Below are positions 11,387 to 21,773 of a stretch of DNA of 34,639 nucleotides, one piece after another. The position numbers and the translations under genes are program-made. The DNA comes from Catajapyx aquilonaris (lineage: Eukaryota). The notes beneath the pieces were generated by a model, which was not told where the DNA came from, did not search any database, and worked only from the letters and a program-made list of their open reading frames with translations. How positions within the stretch are numbered: position 1 is the first letter of the stretch; the number at the start of each line of letters is the position of its first letter. The stretch is taken from contig JYFJ02004115.1 of NCBI GenBank assembly GCA_000934665.2, forward strand, positions 1 through 34,639. The letters run 5' to 3'.

Positions 11387-12850
11387 CTGAAAAAAAAAAC
11401 AAAAAAAAACACCACAGTAATAATTATTATTAGTCTAGCCTGAAGCCCCATGAGGTTTTTGTTAAAGGTCTCAAACTGCCCCAGGTCACGATAGTGAGGG
11501 TGACTGTGACACACAATTTTGTTGAGCAGAAAGCAACCCGTACCTTAAACGCGTGCGAAGGCCTTCAACCCCTCGCAGCACGTTGGCCAGGTATCAGCTC
11601 CATAAGGACTTCATGCTGCAACTACCCAACACAAACCCCGACCTTCGCCATCTTGGAGACACCCCACCAGCGTGCCAATAGTAGCATAGCAGTTAGAATT
11701 TACGTTTACTTTGTCACAAGAACTTGTTGTCCCTGGCATGGCCACTGGAGCTCCAATGACTTGCCTGATGAGGGGCGTGGCGTGGCCTCCCGTGGCCTCC
11801 CGTAGTGTGGCCGGAATCAAGGAACAGTGAATCGGCCAGGTCGTGGGCCAGGTATTCTGTAATCTTTGGCCGGAATGGCCGCAAGGGGAGGGTGAGGTAG
11901 CGTGGGAGGGTGCTTCCGAGATCCGAGGCGGGCTGTACAGATGTTGCCAGGTGCAGATGGTTTTCCACTCTAAAACCCTCATGCACATACCATGTGCACC
12001 ATGTGTCAAAGAGCTTGCCATGTGTGCACCTATCTGTTTCCATGTTGCATATTTACTTGTGCTCCGAACATAGGGCAGTGGCATAGTGGATTGATTAAAA
12101 ACTACTTATTTGTCCATTTGGCCGAAGGAAACTGTCCTGGAGAAGAAGTGTCGGCATGTCAGATGAAAACCACAGAATATCCCAGTTGAAAGAGCACTGA
12201 GAATCACAATGAGATTTCCTGCATGATAGTTGATGATAGCCGAACCGCTACACCTTAGTGACATGGGGTGGAATTTTCGCCGTACTACTAGTTACCATTC
12301 TTCTAACTTAGCAGTACCAGTGTAATGCACTGGTACTGCTAATAGTTAGCAGTAACTAGTAATATGACAAAAATTCCACCCATGATACCTATGTAATATG
12401 ATAAACTCAAATGGATAAACTGTATAGCTTTATTTTCAAAAAAACCAAAATGTGTTGATATCACTTGAGGAATAAAGTCAATGTAGTAAATCACAATCTT
12501 ATATCTATACATGCCTCCTCCTGCAAGTCCCATCCCCAATAATATGGGATAATTATATCCATCCCAAACACAAAATCCTGGCTCAATTACTACTCTCACC
12601 AGTATGTGTAGGAAAAAGATCCCATATCACAGCAGTTTGTTTTGTGTAGTTTTGTGGCCACAAGCCATCAGGGAGCAGAGGTTCGTAGAATAAAAAGATA
12701 TGAAATTAACAACAATAATGATTTAATTATCACAAGTACAAACTCTACAAAAATAACATGAAAGTTAACAAATCCAACCCTTTTGTAACCCAAGTTTTGA
12801 AGCATGCTGGCTCCTTTTCCCTTGAATGATCCAATAGAACAAAGGATGTA

Positions 12851-13186
12851 TTATTTATTTTTTATTTATTGTACCCCATTCTCGGACCTTGGGCTCTTTT
12901 TGGGGGAGTGGGATACCACCATTTGTTTGGAACCATACACTGGATGTGTTTAGTTGTTGTAAGGGTAAGTAGGAAGGGATGTGCAAAGTGCAAGTGCAAT
13001 GTCGTATTTTGGTCATTTTGTGAACTCCCCCGGGTGGATTAGTCTAGCGGAAATTTCCACCCAAGACAAAGCCAGAGATGGCCCAACTCTGCACGAGATG
13101 AAGGGGGGAACCCCGGGCTGGGATCGAACCCGGGACCTTAACATCCGTGTGAGTGCGTGCATTACCGCAGCACCACTCCGCCTCCC
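12851..13186 (-). mobile_element. Full-length tRNA-derived SINE family A with type-1 tail
   Basis: 16-bp TSD TAGAACAAAGGATGTA (12835-12850, 13187-13202). Head GGGAGGCGGAGTGGTGCTGCGG (A-box), B-box GGTTCGATCCC, (TAAA)n tail. Confidence 0.93.
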
Positions 13187-13891
13187 TAGAACAAAGGATG
13201 TAATCCACATTGTAAAAAGAGAAAAAGTGCAAACTTAATGAACAAAATAAGCTATTGGAGGGTGAACTTGTTCCAAAAAAAAAAGTATTACAAATATGGA
13301 AGAATTTAACCCAGGACTGAGATTTTTGCCTTAGCTGTCGACAATGCTGGCCAAAAGGGTGAGTAGGCCTGTAAAGAAATTTTTTCCATGCACAATACTA
13401 TGCAGGAGAATTTACATCATGCTGGTCAAGTTCACCCCAACCAGTGCAGTGGAGTGAATGTGACATAATTGAAAGTGTCATGTTCATGACATGTGTTACC
13501 TTTAAATATTCATTCATGATATTTTTGGAATTGTGACCAAGTTCATCCAGGCAGCCAAGGTGATCCCATTCTAAGGTACTGATATCACTTGATGTGCATC
13601 TGAAATAGTCACCTTCTCCAAGGGGCTATTCACTTACAATTTTTGCGTACACAGACTACAGGACTACTCGAACTACCCACAAAGGGGTACACAGACTACC
13701 CTTAGTAAATAACCCCTTGACCTTCTCACTCAGATTTTGGCACTTGTTATTGCTTGGTTTAATACATGTCATGCATGCCTTGATGCTGGTAATATGGTAG
13801 GCCTACAGTCAGTCCTTTACAGTCCAATGAGGACTCACTGTTGTGACACCATGGAAGGTACTTTTACCTTCATCATGTCGAAAGGCTCACA

Positions 13892-14175
13892 AATAATAAT
13901 TCATACCCCGTTATCAGCCTTTCGGCTCTTTAGGGGGGAAGTTTTTGTTTTGCCTGGAACTCTTTGCTTTCATTTTTACTGCGCTTTTTGGGATAGGATA
14001 GGGACGGAAAGAAGCGGCTGTGGCCTATAAATTACGGAAGCAACTCCGGAATTTCCCTGGAAGGACCGTGGGAAACCACAGAAAACCACGGTCAGAGTTG
14101 CCGGCCCCGGGATTCGAACCCAGGACCTCCCGATTAGCAGTCAAACGCCTTATCCACTATGCCAACCTGCTTCGG
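13892..14175 (-). mobile_element. tRNA-derived SINE family B with type-1 tail
   Basis: Head CCGAAGCAGGTTGGCATAGTGG, B-box GGTTCGAATCC. Body shared with the 30942 copy. Tail CCCCCCTAAAGAGCCGAAAGGCTGATAACGGGGTAT. Confidence 0.88.
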
Positions 14176-14179
14176 TTGA

Positions 14180-14363
14180 GGAGCTCACAAAATGACCATA
14201 GTGCCGACATTGCACATCCCCACCCAGTCACCCTGCCCCTGGACTGTGGTGCTTCGTCGAAACATGACAAACTGTACTACCTTGTGGCAATAAAGGTCCG
14301 TGCAAAACCTCATATGAGGTACGCACTATACCTAATTATTATTACTATTATATTATTATTATT
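14180..14363 (+). mobile_element. 3' part of SINE family A, type-2 tail
   Basis: GAGCTCACAAAATGACC...TTGCACATCCC...AATAAAGGTCCGTGC...GCAC followed by an (ATT)n-like tail. Confidence 0.8.
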
Positions 14364-14444
14364 AAGTTACAAAATTATTCAGGTCTCTCTTATGAAATAA
14401 ATAACATTCTTCCTTTCCCATGTACTGAGTGAGGTACATTACAG

Positions 14445-14510
14445 AGCACATTCCGCAAGCGACATTTGTATCCCTAGCTAGGGATACAAATGTCGCTTGC
14501 GGAATGTGCT
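14445..14510. repeat. Perfect 66-bp palindrome (33-bp arms, no spacer)
   Basis: AGCACATTCCGCAAGCGACATTTGTATCCCTAG|CTAGGGATACAAATGTCGCTTGCGGAATGTGCT, checked base by base. Confidence 0.95.
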
Positions 14511-15165
14511 TGGGTGCTAAGGTGTGAACACGAGGTTATTATCTTATGCATCAGAAGGGCAGGCGATTTTGTCCCATCCTGATTAGAGTGATTAGTAGTG
14601 ATTAGCGAATTACAACGCCCCACACCGGCTGAATACTTCCAATACTCGCCAATACTCCAGCAAGCCCCGACCAACAGGACCCTGTAACAACAACAGTGGG
14701 TGACTAGTGACATTAGGCCAGTTCCCTTGCTTGGGTCTAAACTCCGGGTCCCCAGCTGGTCCCCACTCCCCAGTGGTCCCTAAGCCAGCACCAGCCAGCA
14801 CCAAGATGAATAGAATCAAGAGCTTATGATAGAATACGGTATGCCTCCACACCGATGCTCCACACATGCTCCACACTGCTCCACACTACGGTCATCTCCA
14901 CACACTGTGCGACGCCATCTTTCTCTCTCCAACATTTCTGAACGAACCCGTTCGATTGACGTTTTAAAACTGTCGGAAGAAAGAGTGACGTCACTCCCAC
15001 CCTCTTTTGGAACGGGAATGTAGTACATGTACATTGTACATTCTGGCCGGTCCGGACGAGGTATTAAAAACAAAAAAAAAAGCTCAACCCAGGATTTCAA
15101 CTGCAGAAAACGGAGACAAATCCTCATGTTGAACCTCGTGGGGAGGAAAACTGCGATTCCCCTAC

Positions 15166-15421
15166 CCTTCGTTTACAATCGGCTGGTCGTGAAGTCATGG
15201 GGCATCCGAGTCACAGGTAAAAATAAGTTCCTAGAATTCCAGATGATTTTGTCAAACTTGAAATGTTTCTGGCACTGCTCCGGGCTGCCCTGTTCCGCGT
15301 TTTGGCATTGTCATTTGCAACGCCGAACACAATATGGCAGCTCCTGCCAAATTTAAGCTCGTTCTTTTTCTATTGGTAGAGTGTTGACCTGAGAACAACG
15401 TTCCCTGGAGGCAAGTTTGAA
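15166..15421. promoter_or_regulatory. Putative bidirectional promoter and first exons of Dicer-1 (-) and ALKBH6 (+)
   Basis: Unique sequence just upstream of the ALKBH6 ATG. It contains an inverted CCAAT (ATTGG, ~15372), a YY1-like AATATGGCAGC (15331) and a minus-strand donor candidate AGG|gtaggg at 15166/15165. Inferred from gene layout. Confidence 0.45.
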
Positions 15422-15448
15422 ATGGATGTCAAGAAGTTCAATCTGAAA
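15422..15448 (+). CDS. ALKBH6: ALKBH6 first coding exon (MDVKKFNLK)
   Basis: ATG GAT GTC AAG AAG TTC AAT CTG AAA|gtatgt. The phase-0 join to CPPTAIY restores the typical MD...F.V...PPT N-terminus. Confidence 0.75.
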
Positions 15449-15520
15449 GTATGTATAAGTGACAGGAATAATGCACAACTAATGTATGTATTATCAGTGT
15501 TTACAGACCTACTATTACTA

Positions 15521-16374
15521 CAGGGTGGATGGAAAGTTTCTCCCCTAATACTCTAGTTCCCTCACTGTGTTGCCATGATCAGTGATGGAGTTCTAAATGC
15601 GACAGAGGAGCTGCTACTAGTAATTTCTACTACACATTCCCACCCACCATTTCCCCCCAGTTCCTTCTTAACCCTGGAACCGTGCCGTGCCTGAAAGTTG
15701 CGGCAACCGTGCTGTGGGGTCTTTTCGGAGCCCATCTATATTTTAATTTTTATTAATATTTATATAATACTTTTCAATGTATTGACTATATACAATCATT
15801 CTTTGAACAATGCCTAAAATGATCGCTAATTCAAAATAAACGTGCACTTCCTGTTATATACTGTAAAAAAATTGGCAAAAGTTCATTGCAATTATAATTT
15901 TAATGCATTTTAATTCCTTGGGGTCCAAAAAGACCCCATGGCACGGTTCCAGGGTTAAGCCCACACAAAATTAGAAGTGGTGCTGTCAATAAGCTGCACT
16001 AAACATTGGTGTAGGAAGAGGGCTGACTCTGTGAGCCAGCCACTAACAGTATCGACTATCGAGCATCTGTGGGCAAAGCTACAAAATAGTGTATTCAAAG
16101 AGCTCAGGCCAAGAAACAGGGAGCAGCTCATCCAAAGTGTGTAAGAGGAATGGGGGGATTACCCAAGAGGAGACTGCCGTGCTCGCCATGAGTTTTTCTC
16201 TGCACATTCAGATGTGTCTTGAAAATAATGGGTGGCACACAAAATACTGAAACTATACAGAAATGGCCACAAATGTATCCAGATCAATTTGAAGGTGTAA
16301 AATTGGATGTATTTTGTTTGATTTATTGTCAATGTTTTCATTCATACGAGGGGAGAAACTTTCCGTCCACCCTG
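15521..16374 (+). mobile_element. Non-autonomous Tc1-like element with a nested piggyBac-like MITE
   Basis: TIRs CAGGGTGGATGGAAAGTTTCTCCCCT / AGGGGAGAAACTTTCCGTCCACCCTG, TA on the left. Remnant IEHLWAKLQNSV...PRNREQLIQSV*EEW at ~16058-16153. Confidence 0.85.
15672..15954. mobile_element. piggyBac-like MITE
   Basis: TTAA-CCCTGGAACCGTGCC ... GGCACGGTTCCAGGG-TTAA. Confidence 0.92.
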
Positions 16375-16499
16375 CACTATGATTGTTGCTACTATGGTGA
16401 TGATGAGGATGATACAGGTTTACAATCTCTTGTCCAAAACTCGGGAGGCCAAAAGCATATAAATTAATATAGAAAGTATTTTTAATGAAGTTCATCTAA

Positions 16500-16680
16500 G
16501 CACCAAAGCTTGCATTCAGTGCCAGACATGTCCCAACCGTAGGTCCTGTGTTCAATCCCTGCATTAGGCACATGGAAAGGTTCATTGGTTCTTTCCATGT
16601 TTGAGTGGGTGGGTTCTCCCACTTCCTCCCACCAGGAAAATCCATCAATCGTGCAAGCATCAATTAAAGTCATCAATTAA
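16500..16680 (+). mobile_element. Degenerate V-domain SINE (family C related)
   Basis: Decayed B-box GTTCAATCCC and GGTTCTCCCACTTCCTCCCAC...AAATCCATCA, similar to the 24551 copy. Confidence 0.55.
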
Positions 16681-16800
16681 AGTCCAAAATTTAAAATACA
16701 TTTCCTTAACACATTTCCATGTGAGATCCCAAGACATAACACTCTCCAATTTTTATTTGAATTGAAAATTGTAGCCATGAATAGAACAAATACCAACTTA

Positions 16801-17121
16801 GGGAGGCGAAGTGGCGCAACGGTAACGTTCGCGCCCACGGATGTTAAGGTCCCGGGTTCGATCCCGTAAAGTGTCGTCTCTGACTTCGTCTCGGGTGGAA
16901 TATCCACAGACTAATCCACCCGGGGGAGCTCACAAAACGACCACATGCGGACAAGGCACTGCACTTGCACATCCCCTCCTGTCATCCCTTCCTGCCCGTG
17001 GGCCCGGGCGCTGTACAAATAGGAGCCAAAATTGTATTCTGACAAATTAATAAAGGTCCGGCAAGACCCCAATAGGGGTACGCCTATACCCAACTATATA
17101 TTTTTTTTTAAAAAAAAAAAA
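16801..17121 (+). mobile_element. Full-length SINE family A, type-2 tail
   Basis: GGGAGGCGAAGTGGCGCAACGG (A-box), GGTTCGATCCC (B-box), shared body, AATAAAGGTCCGGC...GCC tail and a T/A run. Confidence 0.88.
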
Positions 17122-17546
17122 CTTCGAATTCATGTGATATTCGTGGCACGAATACTTGTGTCACAAATTTCAGTATTACTTAGCCAGAGGTATTTTATGC
17201 ACAGCTTAAAATCAGGATGACCCTGAATGTGGAAATGTGGTGACCTTTCTTCCATGACCATTCGAAGCCGACTGAATACACACAAAAAGGTGCCAGGTGA
17301 ACACTCAACGTTAGTACCTGCCTGGTATAAAACCCATCTCAATTGAACCTACCAAAGCGATTTTTATTATTGTTCAGACATTACTTTCTTACATTAGGGC
17401 AGATTTGACACGACTCGACCAATTTGGTTTTTCCATTTTTGTCCAAGCAATCCTACGTTTGGACGAACTGTATTGTGGTATTCAACAATGACAAGTACAA
17501 ATGTATAGTCTACATTAATTGACAGGACTTGTTCTTACATTTCCAG

Positions 17547-18158
17547 TGCCCACCAACAGCAATATACTACCCTGAATTCATTACGCCACAGGAGGAAGAG
17601 TTCCTGTCAAAAAAAGTTTATGGATCCCCAAAGACCCGCTGGACCCAGTTGCTGAACCGTAGGCTGCAAAACTGGGGTGGTGTTCCACACTACAATGGAA
17701 TGATTCCTGAACCCATACCTGACTGGCTTCAAGCTTGTGCAGATAAGATTGCAAGCTTAGGTGTATTTGGTGCTCAGAAGCCTAACCATGTGCTAGTCAA
17801 TGAATACACACCAGGACAGGGGATTATGCCACACTTGGATGGTCCTGTTTTCCACCCTGTCATCTCAACCATCAGCCTTGGGTCACACACAGTCATTGAT
17901 TTTTTTGAGGAGCAAGCATTCAAGTTTTCAATGTGGGTTGGTCGAAGAAGTCTCTTGGTGCTTCAAGATGATATGTACCATAAGTACATGCATGGCATAT
18001 CCGAGTCACTTTCTGATGAAGTGACATCCACAGTTGTCAATTATTCGGAGTGTGGATTTGACATTGGGCAGGAATGTGAAAGGGGCACAAGGATTTCACT
18101 CACCATACGTTACGTGCCCAAGACTGCTAAAATGAAGCTCCAATTTGGACATGCTTAG
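17547..18158 (+). CDS. ALKBH6: ALKBH6 (AlkB homolog 6, Fe(II)/2-oxoglutarate dioxygenase) main coding exon
   Basis: tttccag|TGC CCA CCA. Encodes WTQLLNRRLQNWGGVPH, NHVLVNEYTPGQGIMPHLDGP (HxD), STISLGSHTV, YMHGI and RGTRISLTIR. The spliced protein is 212 aa. Confidence 0.95.
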   Translation, partial: CPPTAIYYPEFITPQEEEFLSKKVYGSPKTRWTQLLNRRLQNWGGVPHYNGMIPEPIPDWLQACADKIASLGVFGAQKPNHVLVNEYTPGQGIMPHLDGPVFHPVISTISLGSHTVIDFFEEQAFKFSMWVGRRSLLVLQDDMYHKYMHGISESLSDEVTSTVVNYSECGFDIGQECERGTRISLTIRYVPKTAKMKLQFGHA

Positions 18159-18389
18159 CACATGACACAGGACCTATGCATTCAAGGGATAAGAGAGTTT
18201 CGATACCATTTGAACATTCTTAGTGTTTATTTTCTTGACATGACCAGAAAGAGCTAGTGACTAGTACAGTTAAGCGTTTTTCATTTGTTACAGTTGGTAC
18301 AGGTGAGAATAAAAATCCATTTCAGTACAAAATAGGAGGGGTTTGCCAGAATAGTCATCACAGTTTTGGCGGACATTAATACAGCAGTG

Positions 18390-18532
18390 TCACTGGGCCC
18401 TTTTTGCCCGCAGCCGCTTCCGGACGTAGGGAGGGAGTGACCGTTGCTTCAGGATGTCATCATTCTCATCATCTGTCACAGGTACAGTTTTGCAGAAGGT
18501 TGGTGCCAGGAACAAGCCAACCAGTGCTGCCA
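18390..18532 (-). CDS. ERG28: ERG28-like protein, terminal exon 4
   Basis: catttctag|TG GCA GCA CTG..., encoding (V)AALVGLFLAPTF...DDENDDILKQ...RKRLRAKRAQ*. Phase 1 matches the donor at 27204 and completes the last hydrophobic helix plus a basic tail. Confidence 0.8.
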
Positions 18533-18641
18533 CTAGAAATGTGAATGTTTGAAATGGTCTGTACTACTAGTCATTAATTAAATTAGGTGATTAAAATTTG
18601 ACATAAAAAGAAGAAGAGATCACAGGCTTATCAGTGGTATC

Positions 18642-19325
18642 TACATGGTGTCCGAAAAGTCCCACATCAATGGGTCAGTCTGTGATTTGCTTTGTAATGA
18701 TGTTTTGTCTTTCCGCAGGTGAACCATGTTGGCCACTGACGAGCATGTGGAACTCACTCCTCTCTGTGGACACGAAGACTACACCCACAGAAACATTGCA
18801 GCACAATTAAATTGAAAGTACCCGGGGAAATAGCCCATAGCACAAATCACCGTGAGCAGATTGTTCCAAAAATTCAGGACCACAGATAGAGTAGTGGATG
18901 CACCCCGAACAGGATGGCCCAGCACATCAGCCAAGGTGGAGGAAATGGTCCTGGCAAAGGTGTTTGCAAGCCCGAAGAATTCCATATGCGAACAACCTTG
19001 GAGCTGGACATTCCTCGGACAACCATTCAGGACATTCTTAAGAAGAACAAATTTCACACAGGGACCGTTTCCTCCACCTCGGTTGATGTGCTGGGTCATC
19101 CGCTACGCTCCCTGTGGTCCTGAATTTTTGGAGCAATCTGCTCATGCTGGTTTATGCTATGGGCCCTTTCGCCAGGTACTTCAATTAAATTCTGCCACAA
19201 TGTCTCTGTGGGTGTAGGCTTCGTGTCCACAGAGAAAAGTGAGTTCCACATGCTCATCAGTGGTCCACATGGCTCACCTGTGGAAAGACAAAACACCATT
19301 ACAAAGCAAATCACAGGCTTACCCA
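18642..19325. mobile_element. Fold-back derivative of a Tc1/mariner-superfamily element (two inverted 5' halves)
   Basis: 18670-18960 is repeated inverted at ~19070-19325. The arms encode an HTH remnant ITVSRLFQKFRTT..V.DAPRTG.PST...SPK.S and LELDIPRTTIQDILKKNKFH. Confidence 0.85.
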
Positions 19326-19553
19326 GGCTGATATTGCGATTTGGTGGTCTGTGTGGTTCCTAAAGCCTGTCAGAACCACACAAGGTAAAGACAAACATGC
19401 AAATCTATTACAAGTGCAAATATTGTTGCCTCGTAGGTAGCAGACCCATTCTGGCTAGTGGCACCTTAATAATGACAGAGTCACTCCAGATATAAGAGAC
19501 TTCTAGGGACCACAGGAATCAGCATCATACACTATAAAGAGGTTCTCTATATC

Positions 19554-20857
19554 CAAAGGTGGGCATTAGCTTCGCTAATAGCGGAACTAACTTTTCATTA
19601 GCTGACTATTGGTACTCGCTAACTTTTCAGGCGCTAGCAGACCAATTAGCTTCCACTAAGTTTAGTGCCGCTAAATTTTTTATTTTTTTATATTTTATAT
19701 TTTTTTATTTATTTTACCCCATGATGTCCCTTACGGGAGCTATAGGGGGGTGGCATACCACCATCAGTTTTCTGTGTAAATATATATTTTCACTTCATTC
19801 TCCAGTGCAAGGAAACAGGGACAATGGGAAAGCTAAGGATAGGGATTTTTGGGGAGGGAACATGGGTGCTAGGTGCAATGTCGTAGCTATGGGTCGTGTG
19901 CTGTTCCCCAGGAGGTTAGGTTGCCAGACACCTCCAAGGTGCAGGTCAGAGACCCTCCTGACGCAGGTGAAAGGAAAGTTCCCCAGGCGGGGATCGAACC
20001 TGGGGCCTTTCACTCAGCAAGCCGAGACGTTACCATCTCGGCCACCACACCTCCCCAGTGCCGCTAAATTTAAGTCCACTAACAAAATTCATTTGTGTTC
20101 CTGTCTCACTGTCTGTTATTTTTTGAGTTCCATTGCTTGGCCCACTTCCCACTCCAGGCAGGGATTAATATAGCTCGCTTAGGTAATGGTGGGTACAGAG
20201 CGATCAAAAGGAAAACCAGTTTTGAAACCCTACCTTGCATGGCTTAACCACACATGTCGAAATATTTAGGGCATGCCTATCTTTTTGAGTAGCAATGGTC
20301 TACTTTTCCTCCAGCTGAACGGGCTAAACACACGGGGCGAAGTGGTATAGGCTGGTGCGAGAGTTCCCGCAGTCTTTTGGTGGACAATGGAAAGTGAAAA
20401 CAACATTATTCGTCCACCTGTGGGTGAGGTGGAGGCTGAGGGCCAGGAAATTTTGAGAGGCTGATATTCTTGAAGGCTATAACCACCATCACTTCCAAAC
20501 GATGGAGCCGAAGTAAAATACATTTGCCAATTGCAAAATGTAAAACTTTTGTGATGAATAGACATTTTTGCTATTTGGATTTGTTTATTACTTTTTGTAC
20601 AGAACTGTAAATAACTAAATAAGGCATATGTGTAGGAGTGCTCTCTAGGCTTTAGCAGTCTTTTAGTACTTTAAAGTTTCAAGGGGTCCCAGAGCCAAAA
20701 AGGTTAAATTCACAAAATAACAGTGTGTGTTAGATGTTAGTTTCCGCTAAATTTCTAGTCATTCGATTCAGCACTAGCAATTTAGCGAAGTCAACTGGAG
20801 GTTTTAGTTAGCGGATTAGCAAAGATAAACTTTCAGTTAGCTGTGCCAAAAACACAG
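19554..20857. mobile_element. hAT-like non-autonomous element
   Basis: CAAAGGTGGGCA left end, degenerate TGCCAAAAACACAG right end, and dense TTAGC/GCTAA subterminal repeats at both ends. No clear TSD. Confidence 0.5.
19679..20056 (-). mobile_element. Full-length tRNA-derived SINE family D with type-1 tail
   Basis: 15-bp TSD AGTGCCGCTAAATTT (19664-19678, 20057-20071). A-box TGGCCGAGATGG, B-box GGTTCGATCCC, A-rich tail. Confidence 0.93.
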
Positions 20858-21173
20858 GAAGTATGCCAGGGCCAGCCTTTCCAGTTGGCTATAACCGAGG
20901 GTTGCGTATAGCCAAGGCTCTTATATCCAGAGTCATCTGTAATAATAAAACCTCAATTGAGCAGAGCGTGGGTGCGAAGGTCGTGTTTTGCCACACGAGT
21001 TTTGAAGTCCTTGGCAGAAGCATAGGTCCTTACTAATGGCTGCTAACTGATGGGGAAAGGGGAAAGGGCTGTACAGTTGGCCTCTAGTTATCTGCAGTCG
21101 TCTTATCTGCAGTTTGAAAATATTAAGTAAAATTAAATTAAAACTTAACAAAGCCAACATGTACTTGTATTAG

Positions 21174-21642
21174 TAGTCAGGACGTTACGGGACTAAACTG
21201 TGCATTTGGTGAAGAAAGCATGAAATTTGGTACGAATGTCCCTGACACCATACTCTTCAAATGCAGATATGGCGCCATGCCTGTTTTCACTGCGGAGGCC
21301 GTAATTGCAGGTTGGCTACCCTTCAGCGAGTGAAAAGTCTTTTCAAGTCACTGTAGCTCCGAAAATACGGACCGTACGTGGAAAAGGTACCGTACTTTAT
21401 ACTTTTTTGTAGAATACATATTTCTCTACAACCTTTGTTTGGCACATATCCTCCTGAGAAGCATAGTTCGATCAGAAAAATACTCTTCACTTGCTTCAAG
21501 GTAGCCATCCCGCAATTACGGGCCTCCAGGGCCAATATCTGGATTTGAAGAGTTTGGTCTCAGGGACATTCGTACCAAATTTCATGCTTTCATCACCAAA
21601 TGCACGGTTGACACATTTTTGCATCCCTTAACATCCTGACTA
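21174..21642. mobile_element. MITE with ~110-bp inverted arms, unclassified
   Basis: TAGTCAGGACGTTA / TAACATCCTGACTA termini. Arms share GTGCATTTGGTGA.GAAAGCATGAAATTTGGTACGAATGTCCCTGA. Confidence 0.85.
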
Positions 21643-21773
21643 CATAGCATGCTGCTGTATTGTTATAACTATCCTATTTTATCGTTAATTGTTTTTGTTC
21701 ATGTCTAAACATGTATAATTTGTAAACAACTGCTCCAGATGTACAGTATATTTTATTACAGTCCAATATTGTA

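Larger units (their letters stand above)
19476..20939. mobile_element. Tigger/pogo-like MITE interrupted by nested elements
   Basis: Imperfect TIRs CAGAGTCACTCCAGATATAAGAG / CTCTTATATCCAGAGTCATCTG, TA on the right. Confidence 0.6.

Noticed and set aside
11765..11800. Hammerhead core CTGATGA (also at ~7288 and on the minus strand at ~19254)
   Set aside because: No correctly placed GAAA and stem II/III; the other instances are parts of MITE or transposase sequence.
11490..12130. GC-rich segment with several 100-157-aa ORFs
   Set aside because: The repetitive GTGGCC units suggest a repeat, but I could not define termini or a protein family, so no call is made.
13878..14191. TSD (GCTCACAAA) around the SINE B copy
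   Set aside because: The right-hand match belongs to the internal sequence of the adjacent SINE A fragment and the rest mismatches; probably coincidental.
19559..20173. 204-aa ORF
   Set aside because: It runs across a hAT-like end, a poly-T tract and an antisense SINE; a chance ORF.
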